Positions 1 through 11,709 of a stretch of 64,000 bases of DNA are shown here, piece by piece. Both the position numbers and the translations under genes were made by a program. The DNA is taken from positions 297,698 through 361,697 of the forward strand of contig NW_005434643.1 of NCBI RefSeq assembly GCF_000315625.1, in the 5' to 3' direction. Under the pieces are notes generated by a model that searched no databases, was not told where the DNA came from, and saw only the letters and a program-made list of their open reading frames with translations. Each line of letters opens with the position of its first letter. Position 1 is the first letter of the stretch. The DNA is from Guillardia theta CCMP2712. Taxonomy: Eukaryota; Protista; Cryptophyta.

Positions 1-966
1 ATTCCACGGAATACTGGCGAGTCTTTGAGAACAAGGAGAGCATCAAGCAATATTTCTTCGTCAAAGTACTACAAATTTCATCTTTGTCATCGTCACGTTG
101 AACACTGTGATAGGAACACCTGACTGCGCAGAACATGGCGCTTCGTTTTGGAACCTAAAACAGTTCCTTTCTTCCACGAGAATTTGTGAGACAGCCTCTA
201 TAGACAAAACTCAACTCAGCTCTCTCAATACAAACCATCCATGCATGATTGCATTGCTCGTATTGCCTAACCTTGGTGATGCCAGGTGGCGGGGAGTCGC
301 CCGGAGAGGTTTGCGGTTGATCCTTGAGCTTCAAGCTGCGGTGAGATCGACTACGAGTAGCGAGAGCGTCGTGACGAGCCTTGCTCACATCCTTCCCTTG
401 CAGCAGGGAGAGGAGGAACGGAGACGCACTCCTTGGGGGCTCTGAGGACATGTGAAGTGCCTAGACGTGTTGACAATAGCAAGTTCACATATCAACACGT
501 CACGTCCGATAGAGCAACGAGACAGCAAACAGTCGAGATGTGAGCGCATCAGCAGAGAGCATACTTACAACACGACCCGCTCCTCGCCTCTTGCCTGCCC
601 TTGTGCATGCGCGACCAACGGCTGATACATGGAAGGCCAGGGGTCCGGGGTTCGTTCACATGCAACTTGATGCTAATGTTCAGAAGGGGCCCCAAAACAG
701 CCTTGATAACTTTAAATTAGAACCAAGCGTTTGGTGGAAGATTCAAACTTTGACGACAAACTCCGACAAGCTTCCTCACAGACAAAACTTGACCGACACA
801 CGACAAGAAAGAAGAGTCGAGAGAGAGGAGACAATACAAGACATGGCAGGAGAGTGTGGTGCATACAAATATTCCAGTGAGTGTTTATTGGAAAATCACG
901 GTTAATCAAACAAACCAAGACAAGAAACCAGATATCATGTCTCAAGAAAAACACAATCGTACAGCT

Positions 967-2919
967 TTAGTCAACCTCCTCAATGTGAGGGCCACCACTG
1001 CTCTCCCCAGCTCCCGATGCGGCAGCTCCTTCGCCTCCCATGCCCATGCCTCCCGGCATTTGCCCTCCGGCCGAGTACAGCTTCGTCATGATCGGCATGG
1101 CCACCTGCTCAAGCGCCTTCTGCTTGGCCTCGTACTCCTCGGGTGCGGCGCCATGGTTGGCCTCGAGCCAAGAGATGGTCTCCTCGATCTTTGCAGTGAG
1201 CGACGACTTGTCCGACTCGTCGATTTTGCCGGCAACCTTGTCGTCATTGAGCGTGTTCTTGAGTGAGTAGGCGTAGTTCTCCAGCGCGTTGCGAGCCTCG
1301 ACCTTCTTGCGCTGTCGCTCGTCTTCCTCCTTGAAGCGCTCCGCCTCCCGCACCATGCGCTCGATGTCGTCCTGGCTGAGGCGACCCTTGTCGTTGGTGA
1401 TGGTGATCTTGTTCTGCTTGCCCGTGGACTTGTCCTGCGCCGAGACGTTCATGATGCCGTTGGCGTCGAGGTCGAAGGAGACTTCGATCTGAGGGACGCC
1501 GCGGGGGGCCGGCGGGATGCCGTCGAGCTGGAACTTGCCTAGCAGGTTGTTGTCTTTGGTCATCTGGCGCTCGCCCTCAAAGACCTGGATGAGCACGCCG
1601 GGCTGGTTGTCGGCGTAGGTGGAGAAGGTCTGCGACTTCTTGCAGGGGATGGTCGTGTTGCGCTCGATGAGCTTGGTCATGACGCCGCCTGCCGTCTCGA
1701 TGCCGAGCGACAAGGGCGCAACGTCGAGCAGCAGCAGGTCCTGCGTCTTCTGCGAGTCCACGCCAGCAAGGATGGCAGCCTGGACGGCAGCACCGTAGGC
1801 GACGGCCTCGTCAGGGTTGATGCTCTTGTTCAGCTCCTTGCCATTGAAGAAGTCCTGCAGCAGCGACTGGACCTTGGGGATGCGGGTTGACCCGCCGACC
1901 AGCACGATCTCGTTGACCTGGCCCTTGGAGATCTTGGCGTCGCGCAGCACGCGGTCCACAGGGTCCATGGTCGCTCGGAAGAGGTCCGCGCAGAGCTCCT
2001 CGAACTTGGCACGCGTGATGTTGGTGTAGAAGTCGATGCCGTCATAGCACGAGTCCACCTCGATGGTCGTCTGCGCCGCCGACGACAGCGTGCGCTTGGC
2101 ACGCTCGCACGCCGTGCGGATGCGCCTGAGGGCGCGGGCGTTGTCGGAGGGGTCCTTCTTGTGCTTGCGCTTAAACTCCTGCAGCACGTACTGCACGAGG
2201 CGGTTGTCGAAGTCCTCGCCTCCCAGGTGCGTGTCGCCTGCCGTCGCCTTCACCTCGAAGATCCCGTCGTCGATGGTCAGTAGCGACACATCGAAAGTGC
2301 CTCCGCCCAGGTCGTAGATGAGGATGTTGCGCTCGCCCGAGCCCTTCTTCTCCAGGCCGTAGGCGATGGCAGCTGCAGTCGGCTCGTTGATGATGCGCAG
2401 GACGTTGAGACCCGCAATCATGCCCGCGTCCTTGGTCGCCTGGCGCTGGGAGTCGTTGAAGTAGGCCGGCACCGTGATGACGGCATGCTTGACCTCCTTG
2501 CCGAGGTAGGCCTCGGCGGTCTCCTTCATCTTGGTGAGGACCATGGACGAGATCTCCTCGGGCGAGAAGGTCTTGGTCTGGCCCTTGTACTCGGCCTGGA
2601 TGTGGGGCTTGCCGTCCTTGGGGACTACCTTGAAGGGGAAGTGCTTCAAGTCGTTCTGGAGGGCGGGGTCGTCCATCTTGCGGCCGATGAGGCGCTTGGC
2701 GTCGAAGATTGTGTTGTGAGGGTTCATGGCGGCCTGGTTTTTGGCGGCATCGCCGATGAGGCGCTCGCTGTCGGTGAAGGCAACCCAGGAGGGGGTCGTG
2801 CGGTTACCTTGGTCGTTTGCGATGATCTCGCAGCGCTCTTGCTGCCAGATGCCGACGCAGGAGTAGGTAGTGCCGAGGTCGATGCCAACGGCGGGTCCGT
2901 CGATCTTCTTGTTAGACAT
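967..2919 (-). CDS. HSP70: Cytosolic heat shock protein 70, copy A (650 aa, intronless)
   Basis: [35 protein letters not shown]-terminal GPHIEEVD (cytosolic EEVD). True start is ATG at 2919, matching copy B; the 717-aa ORF is an upstream TTG extension. Confidence 0.98.
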   Translation of the reverse strand: MSNKKIDGPAVGIDLGTTYSCVGIWQQERCEIIANDQGNRTTPSWVAFTDSERLIGDAAKNQAAMNPHNTIFDAKRLIGRKMDDPALQNDLKHFPFKVVPKDGKPHIQAEYKGQTKTFSPEEISSMVLTKMKETAEAYLGKEVKHAVITVPAYFNDSQRQATKDAGMIAGLNVLRIINEPTAAAIAYGLEKKGSGERNILIYDLGGGTFDVSLLTIDDGIFEVKATAGDTHLGGEDFDNRLVQYVLQEFKRKHKKDPSDNARALRRIRTACERAKRTLSSAAQTTIEVDSCYDGIDFYTNITRAKFEELCADLFRATMDPVDRVLRDAKISKGQVNEIVLVGGSTRIPKVQSLLQDFFNGKELNKSINPDEAVAYGAAVQAAILAGVDSQKTQDLLLLDVAPLSLGIETAGGVMTKLIERNTTIPCKKSQTFSTYADNQPGVLIQVFEGERQMTKDNNLLGKFQLDGIPPAPRGVPQIEVSFDLDANGIMNVSAQDKSTGKQNKITITNDKGRLSQDDIERMVREAERFKEEDERQRKKVEARNALENYAYSLKNTLNDDKVAGKIDESDKSSLTAKIEETISWLEANHGAAPEEYEAKQKALEQVAMPIMTKLYSAGGQMPGGMGMGGEGAAASGAGESSGGPHIEEVD

Positions 2920-3474
2920 GGTAGTGGAAGAAAAGGAAGTGTAGGAAGAGAGAGAAGTCGGAGACAACGGTGCAAGGATGTAGAGTAGCGCGTGGGCGCC
3001 GAAAGCAAGGAAGTTTGTTGGGGGAGGAGGGGCAGGGCTCAGGGTTTTATAGGGGAGGGGTGGGGTCAGCAGAATGTTCTGCAGGTGCAGCCTGTCCCGG
3101 TGTACCGTGGTATTTCTCAAAATTTGTGAAAAATTTGTTCTGAAACTTCAAGCTATCTCAATTAATTTTCCTGATATCTTGAAATTTGATGGGTATTTTT
3201 GAGCCCTATGAACAATTTCAATTATCAAAACCTAAGAACATTCTACAAACGATTGTTCGATCGAAGGACCCGTCTGTTCTGCCTAAAAATACCAGCACCC
3301 ACCCGAATCGAAAGAACATTCGAAACGGGGTGGGTGTGAAATAAAACCCTGATCGCTCCCCCGCTCCTCTCAACAAACTTGCAGGCACTCCTTGTACGCT
3401 AGTTCTCAACCAACACCTCCTCCTCCTCAGCACTTACTTGTCTCTCTTCCTACACTTCCTTCTCTTCCTCTACC
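2920..3474. promoter_or_regulatory. Bidirectional heat-shock promoter with HSE-like nGAAnnTTCn units and TATA-like boxes
   Basis: aGAAtgTTCt 3071-3080, aGAAcaTTCt 3235-3244, aGAAcaTTCg 3313-3322; TATAAAA on minus strand at 3045-3051 and AATAAAA at about 3339-3347 on plus, each followed by similar CCCTGA...CAACAAACTT sequence. Confidence 0.75.
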
Positions 3475-5430
3475 ATGTCTAACAAGAAGATCGACGGACC
3501 CGCCGTTGGCATCGACCTCGGCACTACCTACTCCTGCGTCGGCATCTGGCAGCAAGAGCGCTGCGAGATCATCGCAAACGACCAAGGTAACCGCACGACC
3601 CCCTCCTGGGTTGCCTTCACCGACAGCGAGCGCCTCATCGGCGATGCCGCCAAAAACCAGGCCGCCATGAACCCTCACAACACAATCTTCGACGCCAAGC
3701 GCCTCATCGGCCGCAAGATGGACGACCCCGCCCTCCAGAACGACTTGAAGCACTTCCCCTTCAAGGTAGTCCCCAAGGACGGCAAGCCCCACATCCAGGC
3801 CGAGTACAAGGGCCAGACCAAGACCTTCTCGCCCGAGGAGATCTCGTCCATGGTCCTCACCAAGATGAAGGAGACCGCCGAGGCCTACCTCGGCAAGGAG
3901 GTCAAGCATGCCGTCATCACGGTGCCGGCCTACTTCAACGACTCCCAGCGCCAGGCGACCAAGGACGCGGGCATGATTGCGGGTCTCAACGTCCTGCGCA
4001 TCATCAACGAGCCGACTGCAGCTGCCATCGCCTACGGCCTGGAGAAGAAGGGCTCGGGCGAGCGCAACATCCTCATCTACGACCTGGGCGGAGGCACCTT
4101 CGATGTGTCGCTGCTGACCATCGACGACGGGATCTTCGAGGTGAAGGCGACGGCAGGCGACACGCACCTGGGAGGCGAGGACTTCGACAACCGCCTCGTG
4201 CAGTACGTGCTGCAGGAGTTTAAGCGCAAGCACAAGAAGGACCCCTCCGAAAACGCCCGCGCCCTCAGGCGCATCCGCACGGCGTGCGAGCGTGCCAAGC
4301 GCACGCTGTCGTCGGCGGCGCAGACGACCATCGAGGTGGACTCGTGCTATGACGGCATCGACTTCTACACCAACATCACGCGTGCCAAGTTCGAGGAGCT
4401 CTGCGCGGACCTCTTCCGAGCGACCATGGACCCTGTGGACCGCGTGCTGCGCGACGCCAAGATCTCCAAGGGCCAGGTGAACGAGATCGTGCTGGTCGGC
4501 GGGTCTACCCGCATCCCCAAGGTCCAGTCGCTGCTGCAGGACTTCTTCAACGGCAAGGAGCTAAACAAGAGCATCAACCCTGACGAGGCCGTCGCCTACG
4601 GTGCTGCCGTCCAGGCTGCCATCCTTGCTGGCGTGGACTCGCAGAAGACGCAGGACCTGCTGCTGCTCGACGTTGCGCCCTTGTCGCTCGGCATCGAGAC
4701 GGCAGGCGGCGTCATGACCAAGCTCATAGAGCGCAACACGACCATCCCCTGCAAGAAGTCGCAGACCTTCTCCACCTACGCCGACAACCAGCCCGGCGTG
4801 CTCATCCAGGTCTTTGAGGGCGAGCGCCAGATGACCAAAGACAATAACTTGCTAGGCAAGTTCCAGCTCGACGGTATCCCGCCGGCCCCCCGCGGCGTCC
4901 CTCAGATCGAAGTCTCCTTCGACCTCGACGCCAACGGCATCATGAACGTCTCGGCGCAGGACAAGTCCACGGGCAAGCAGAACAAGATCACCATCACCAA
5001 CGACAAGGGTCGCCTCAGCCAGGACGACATCGAGCGCATGGTGCGGGAGGCGGAGCGCTTCAAGGAGGAAGACGATCGACAGCGCAAGAAGGTCGAGGCT
5101 CGCAACGCGCTGGAGAACTACGCCTACTCACTCAAGAACACGCTCAATGACGACAAGGTTGCCGGCAAAATCGACGAGTCGGACAAGTCGTCGCTCACTG
5201 CAAAGATCGAGGAGACCATCTCTTGGCTCGAGGCCAACCATGGCGCCGCACCCGAGGAGTACGAGGCCAAGCAGAAGGCGCTTGAGCAGGTGGCCATGCC
5301 GATCATGACGAAGCTGTACTCGGCCGGAGGGCAGATGCCGGGAGGCATGGGCATGGGAGGCGAAGGAGCTGCCGCATCGGGAGCTGGGGAGAGCAGTGGC
5401 GCTGGTCCTCACATTGAGGAAGTAGATTAG
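3475..5430 (+). CDS. HSP70: Cytosolic heat shock protein 70, copy B (651 aa, intronless)
   Basis: Complete HSP70 signatures and C-terminal GPHIEEVD; differs from copy A only at DPSDN/DPSEN, EEDER/EEDDR and one extra Ala near the C-terminus. Confidence 0.98.
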   Translation: MSNKKIDGPAVGIDLGTTYSCVGIWQQERCEIIANDQGNRTTPSWVAFTDSERLIGDAAKNQAAMNPHNTIFDAKRLIGRKMDDPALQNDLKHFPFKVVPKDGKPHIQAEYKGQTKTFSPEEISSMVLTKMKETAEAYLGKEVKHAVITVPAYFNDSQRQATKDAGMIAGLNVLRIINEPTAAAIAYGLEKKGSGERNILIYDLGGGTFDVSLLTIDDGIFEVKATAGDTHLGGEDFDNRLVQYVLQEFKRKHKKDPSENARALRRIRTACERAKRTLSSAAQTTIEVDSCYDGIDFYTNITRAKFEELCADLFRATMDPVDRVLRDAKISKGQVNEIVLVGGSTRIPKVQSLLQDFFNGKELNKSINPDEAVAYGAAVQAAILAGVDSQKTQDLLLLDVAPLSLGIETAGGVMTKLIERNTTIPCKKSQTFSTYADNQPGVLIQVFEGERQMTKDNNLLGKFQLDGIPPAPRGVPQIEVSFDLDANGIMNVSAQDKSTGKQNKITITNDKGRLSQDDIERMVREAERFKEEDDRQRKKVEARNALENYAYSLKNTLNDDKVAGKIDESDKSSLTAKIEETISWLEANHGAAPEEYEAKQKALEQVAMPIMTKLYSAGGQMPGGMGMGGEGAAASGAGESSGAGPHIEEVD

Positions 5431-6475
5431 TTGTGCGGTGATATGTATTGAAGTTGTATCAGTAGATGGAATGATATTTTATTGATGATGCACGAATAAA
5501 CGTGAGTGATCTTTATATATTGAACTCTTTTACGATTTCTTCTGATTTCAAGCAAAACGTTCAATTTTGAATGCTTTAATGATTTATAATGATTCAACAT
5601 TGTTCAATCAGCCTTTTGATGGTAACAGATCTTGAGAAGACTTACCTTCTTATTTTTTTGTTTCGACATGGAACTCATATCTCATCAGTATTTTTCCCCT
5701 ATAATATTTCTTTGAAATGATACTCAACACACAATTTTGGTTTCACGCAGACGCTATGGTGTAACTACTGCCACTACATAAAACTCCACTACCTCCCCAC
5801 AACGCACAAGTTAGTTACGCATGCGATTGCCAGTTCTGTTCGTTGAGCTCCGACTCATTTATCGCAGCTGATATTACCCTCCCTTTGATTCTTCACTGTC
5901 TTGAAATGTGCCTTTGATCTTTAGGCAAGGTAGCGATATCACTTCCTGTCTCAATCTTGTTCATCTTTAGTTCCTGAAATACTTTTTTTGAATTTCTTTT
6001 GGATATCACAATAGCAAGAATGTTGGTTGGGTCCAATTGAATCATACTGAACTCACTTCTTTAATCCTTGTTTTTGACATCCCACCTAACTTCTCCTACT
6101 TGTCTTCTATTGACTGTTACTCTCTACTTTTCGCTTCTCCTTTGATCTCCTCTCCTCTCTTCTCCTCTTCTGTCCTGTCCAGTCCTGCCCTGCCCTTCCC
6201 TGCCCTTCCCTACCCCTACCCCTCCACGTCTCGTCTCGTCATCGCACGTCAGCCCGCGACCCCCAGTTCGCCTCCCGCTCGCCCCCCGCTTTCGGTCAAA
6301 TTTGAGATCTATAAATATATACGTCGGAACGACCTCTGTTTCAATGCGATCCGCCTGTTTACCACACGAAACCCCCTCTTAATGGCCTCCTTAAGGTTTC
6401 ATAAGACTTTTTTTCGATATATTAAAAACATTTTATAGAAACCTCTTTTTAAACGAAGGCGCTAGGTTCCCGGGC

Positions 6476-6974
6476 ATGGTATGCGCACAATCGACGATGG
6501 CAGGGCTCTCTGCCGCTCTGCGAAGGTTCAGCTCGATCGCCTCAAGAGTGGAGGTAGGAGACTAAAATGATCTTTGCTTTCCTGTGCGTTTGTTTGATAT
6601 GTCAGCGTTCTTCTCAGCTGTTTCGTTCGACCTTGTGCTTTCCTTCTCTTCTTCCACTGCACTGAAACTCTGCTCCTGATAGCTGCTGACCGGTTGTGGT
6701 GCAGAGCCTTGGAGTGGCCTCTAAGACTGAGCAGGCAGCTGCGATGGCGAAGAAGTCAAGAAGAACAGTCCAGACAGAGAAAACATCTCCAGGGACGTTG
6801 AGGGTGGGATGCCCGGAGTGCGTGAAAGAGAAAGGCGAGCACGATTGTGAGCAGATCGTCACGTGGGACGAGCTCTTCAAGGTCGACCTCTTTTACCGCA
6901 AGTGAAGGCAGCCCAGCGAGTGTAAATAGACTGTGATATAGGAGGTATAGGGCGATGCGTCAAGAAACGGAATG
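6476..6974 (+). CDS. Small hypothetical protein, possibly mitochondrion-targeted (multi-exon)
   Basis: ATG 6476 gives MVCAQSTMAGLSAALRRFSSIASRVE then GT; later plausible exons SLGVASKTEQ...PGTLR, IVTWDELFKVDLFYRK, RYRAMRQETE*. No family recognised; exon chain uncertain. Confidence 0.35.
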
Positions 6975-7218
6975 ATCGAACACCAACGAGTGTTTGCTCC
7001 ATGCACCATGTCAACACTTTTGCCGTCAGTAGCCCCATGGAGGTAGAGACGTGACATCAATGTAGAGGAACCTCGACTCACGTCCAGACAGAAGGAATTG
7101 CAGGAGCGTTGTCAACAGAAGTCTTTTATTTGATGGCAAAACACAACAATGACACAACGGCTGTCCGCCCGTACCAAGTCGAGCAAGGGTTTCCTGCGTC
7201 CTTGGATATATAGATACA

Positions 7219-9571
7219 TTAGCGCCTCCTGCAGATGTACTTCCCCTGAGACCGAAGCTCGAGCTCCTGCCGCTGGAGCATAACACTGATAGCCTGCACA
7301 CAAACATCAGCCCACTCCTCCTCATCCCATCACCAGCTAACTCCTCACCTTTCGCACAGCTCCCTCCGACAGCCCTCGCTCCTTCAGCTCCCCCACGAGC
7401 GATCGCTCTGGCACAGACATGCCAATGCCAACCCGCTCCTTGATCGCCTTCTCGCTCTTGAGCACGTCAGCCATCACCGCTGGGCTCGTCATCCCCTCCA
7501 TCATCAGCCCCTTGCTCGCCGCATCCTCGGTAGACTCCTTGAATAGCTGGACTGCTTCCTCCACATGGCGCTCCGTCGCTAGGGGAGATAAGGTCAGCTT
7601 TGCCAGCGACTCTGAGATGCGGATGATAGCCTCCAGCTGCCTGACTGTGATGGGGATCGCGGGGGCTCCTTCCGAGCTTTCCTGTGCGTACCGCTGCCTG
7701 ATCCTGATGTACTCGTCCTGGAGGCGCTTGGCTGCTGACTCCGAGAGCCGAGGGGAGCACTTGGTGCGCGCGTAGCAGATGTACCTCCTCATGGTATTGA
7801 GATCGATCTCTCCTTCCACCTGCTGCACGCTGCTTCCACTGTGCAGGGACATCACGTGCCTTGCGATTCGCTGATCCCTCTCCTCATTCCTCGCGTCACG
7901 GATGATGAAGATCAAGTCGAAGCGAGACAAGATGGTGCTCTGAAAGTCGATGTTGTCCACGGCACTCCTCATATCGTCGTATCGTCCAAAGGTTGGGTTG
8001 GCTGCGGCCAGCACGGCCGTTCGGGTGTTGAGCATGGTGGTGATGCCAGCCTTTGCGATAGAGATCGTCTGCTGCTCCATGGCCTGGGGGATCAGAAGAG
8101 TCAGAAGGGTCGAGCTTCACAATCTTCCTCTTCGTACCTCGTGGATGGCGACTCGGTCCTCCGGCCTCATCTTGTCGAACTCGTCGATACACACGACCCC
8201 TCCATCGGCCAGCACCATCGCTCCTCCCTCCAGGTAGAACTCCCCAGAGTTTGCATCCTTCACTACCGACGCTGTCAGACCCGCTGCGCTGCTTCCCTTG
8301 CCGGAGGTGTAGACGGAGATCGGAGCAACCTTCTCAATGAACTTGAGCAGCTGAGACTTTGCCGTGGAAGGGTCTCCAAGCATGAGGACGTTGATGTCTC
8401 CCCTCAGCCTGCCGCCATCGGGCAGGAGCTTCCTGGAGCCACCGAACAGCTGGCAGCAAAGAGCTTTCTTGATATCCGCGTGCCCGAAGATTGAGGGGGC
8501 AATGCTCCCGCGCAGTTTCTCCACGAAGTCTGGGCTTGCTGCCATGCTGCGAAACTTGGACTCCTGCATAGCATGTCACAAGGAGTAAGCAGCAGCCTTT
8601 GGCATACCTCTTCCTGCGTGAAGTCCGATTCCGTCATTCTTCCTCCTACTCCGCTCACTTCCATGATTCCAAGAGCTCTCAGGTACGGCACTCGAACCGA
8701 GGAAGCACTACCACCAGCAGAGTCAGCGAGCAGCGCGACAGTCAGAGGGCTCGTTCGATTCTTACCTGGCTTGCCGGGGCTTCTGGTTCAGGATGGTGAA
8801 GATTCCCGCAGCAGATATGACGGCACCAGGAACCACTCGACCGACGAGGTGACGGTCGAGAGTCACCGTGATGTGTCGGGGCATCTCGCCCGTCGGCACT
8901 TGCTCCGGTAGCTCCTGGATCTTCAGGGTCTGCAGGTCTACATACTTGGAGCGGTCGGAGAGGACTTGGAAGGGATCTAGAGGACACTTCTGCTGCAAGT
9001 CTGCCCCGGGATTTCCCTCGCACGCCCTTGGAAAGCTGCAGCCATGCAGGCCAGGCTTGACCAACACGTTGACAAGCTTCTTGCAGCTCTTGCACTGCAG
9101 AGTGATCATCGTAGCCTTGACGCGGGGTTTGCTCGCTGATATCACGATGCCTTGAATGTGCACCAGCTTCGAGTAGTCCTTGGCAGCGAGGTCGCGCATT
9201 CCCACAGGGTTGCAGGTGCTTGTCACGATGACTTGAACGTCTGGTGGGGTGTCGCCCTCCTCCCGCCTACCCACAAGCATGGAAGCGTACACATCTCTCG
9301 CGGCCCTCTCAAAGATCGGCATGAGCTCTGCTGGCTTCTCCCGGAGAGCGTCGTTGAGCTTGGGGTTGAAGGTCATGAGATCGTCCAGGTTCACTTCCAG
9401 GCGGTACTCGTGCATGTTTGTGTTCTTCTTCAGCTGATCTCTGTAAGGGAACTCGTCCCCCACCTGGAACTGCCGGATGAAGTCTTGAAATTCGGCGACT
9501 CCGAAGGACCTGCTGTCCTCCGCCAGTCCTTGATCGCTCCATGTTACCCTCCCCTCGTCGAAGCCCGACAT
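7219..9571 (-). CDS. MCM5: DNA replication licensing factor MCM5 (multi-exon)
   Basis: Starts MSGFDEG; zinc-binding CKSC..C..CPLDPF; [15 protein letters not shown]; Walker [10 protein letters not shown]; IDEFDKM; [11 protein letters not shown]; arginine finger LSRFD; [11 protein letters not shown]; last exon [24 protein letters not shown] after a GT-AG intron. Confidence 0.95.
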
Positions 9572-9869
9572 GCCGCCGTCGCTGTTTCCTTCCGCCACAC
9601 CCAAATGGGGGTCCTTGAATCGAGCAGATCGGGGTGGGCATACTACCCCCCACCACTCTGCTACCATACAATCAGGGATATGGAGTTTTACCTAGGAAGA
9701 CATATATAGAATCTGTGCTCAATAAGGTATGTGAAATAAAGATATCCCACCCCAATGTTGAAAGAATGGGTGGGGTAGTGGGTAGGGTAGTCACAGGGCT
9801 CCCGCCCTCTTTCCAAGAAAGGAAGGTGCCCGACGGGCGAACCGGCGCCGGCGGCGCAAAACAGTAGGC

Positions 9870-10965
9870 TGTCACAACTGACTCAGTAGTTATGCGGCGA
9901 AGTCGTCACCTAGCCTACTAAAAGAGAGATTCTTTACTCAAAGTGAAGTTAAAAATCAGTACGAGGACAATAATGAGAGTCAAGGAGGCTTGACCCTGAC
10001 TAATAGTGGCACTGACTCTGTGAGTAGCCGCAAAGGCTAGTGAGCCTGAGTGAGTGGTAAGGCGGCTGCAAGGCCGCGTGCCGGGCGCTGGGCCCGGCCG
10101 CCAATCGGGTGACAGTCCGAACGTACTAGGCTAGCCTAGTAGGCTAGGTTCCCGGCCCGGGGCTGAGTGGCCGGCCGCCCGGCCGGCGTGCCACGGTGAA
10201 CGGTCCGATCCGCCGACTCAGCGATCAGCGGCCGATACAGCAGCCGCCGCCCCGGCGGCCGGGCCGGTGGGCCGGTCACGCCGCCGCCCCGCGTCAGTCC
10301 GGCGTGTTCGGACTCGTGACGCCGGGTCCGACGGTCAGCGGCCGCGCCCCGCGGGCTGGCGCCGGGCCGGCGCCCAGGCCGGCCGGGGTGACGCCGGTCA
10401 CGGCCAGTGCCCCGCCGCGCCGGCGGCCGGCCGGGCGGGGGTGACGCCGTGACTCAGTGGCCCCGCCGCACCGTGACTGCAGTACGGTCACAGTGACCCG
10501 AGTCACCGCCGGCCCGGCCCGGACAGACCGGGCCCGCCGGCGTCAACTTGGCATCCCGGCGGCGACTCCGCCCGGCGGGCCGTCACCGATAAGTTACCGA
10601 GTCACAACCGTTGAACGGTTCCAAAGTTCTGCGGCCGCTGAGTGCCTGCCAGTGCCAGCCGCTGCCCCGCCCGGTGACTGTGGCCGCGGGCGTGACTCCC
10701 GGAAACGGTTGAACTTCAGTTCAAGTTCGGAAGTTAGCCTCCGAGAAATCAGTCACGGTACGGACTCCGGACGGTCGGAGGACAATCATGGCCGGCATGG
10801 CAGGAGACTCTCGGCTGAGAGTCGAGGAGGCTTGACCCTGACACTGTCGCACTGGCCACACGGCGAGAAGAGAAAAGACCGTACAGCGAGAACCAAACTT
10901 CACCTAAATTGACAGTGACTCGGAGTCAGGCGGCCCGGGGCCCGGCCCGGGCGGCCGGCGGGGGA
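9870..10965. repeat. GC-rich low-complexity intergenic tract built from short semi-palindromic words
   Basis: Dense CCGG/GGCC, GTCAC/GTGAC, GAGTC/GACTC, CAGT, TTCAAGTT words; contains a diverged direct repeat (9941-10000 vs 10723-10842). Confidence 0.7.
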
Positions 10966-11632
10966 CTCTTTCAAACTTCAATCAGGATTTCAATCAGCGC
11001 GCCGGATTTCAATAAGTTTTTGGAAGGGGCTGGCCCGACTCTTCCATTTTTGTGTGCGGCAAACACACTCCATGCTCCGGCAGCCCCCGTGCGGGGCGGG
11101 GGCAGCGGCAGCAGCTCAGATCTTGTCCTGCTCGTGCCTGTCTCCCTGCATACCTTCCATATTTCTCTCTCGTTTGGTTTCCCTGCCATCTGCAGCTTGA
11201 TCTCTTTCTCTTTCTCTTCCTTCGAGCTTTGAATGCCCATAGCTCCCACACCACTCAACCTCTCCTCCCATTCATCGTTGTTGACTTCATTGTGCCCACA
11301 ATTTACCCTCTTTGTGCTGTATTATCTGAGAATTTCACTCCCTCGCCTCTCCATACACAACAGCATGCGCACAACGACTGTCTTTGAATTCGTCTGCTCT
11401 CCCTTGTCCTTTGCGCCGCCGACTCCCTTTGCCCGCCTTTCACCTTTGTCCTATCGTCTCTACTGATTCGTTTCTTTACGTGTCTTCAACTTATTTTTCA
11501 ACAGTTTCTCCCTCCACCCGCCTCCTGATACAATCTTTACGAGGACGCACCTGAGGCTCTACTGACTTTTTCTTCAGTCTTTGAATGTCGTAGAGGCTCT
11601 GATCAGCTCGCTGCTCCTTCATCGGACCGGCA

Positions 11633-11665
11633 ATGAAATGCTCCTTCATGCGCTCCCTTGCTTGG

Positions 11666-11709
<44 letters not shown>

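Noticed and set aside
1-900. Possible partial minus-strand gene (ATG 451, MSSEPPRSASPF...)
   Set aside because: No recognisable domain and the exon chain could not be established within the window.
2920-3120. 67-aa N-terminal extension of HSP70 copy A (717-aa ORF)
   Set aside because: Begins at TTG and runs through the TATA box and an HSE; copy B shows the true ATG.
2485-4233. Long antisense ORFs over both HSP70 genes (2485-2988, 3427-4233 and others)
   Set aside because: Known by-product of strong codon bias in GC-rich HSP70 genes; mirrored in both copies with no independent evidence.
10196-10912. Pro/Arg/Gly-rich ORFs in the GC-rich tract
   Set aside because: Stop-poor low-complexity DNA, non-ATG starts, no domain features.
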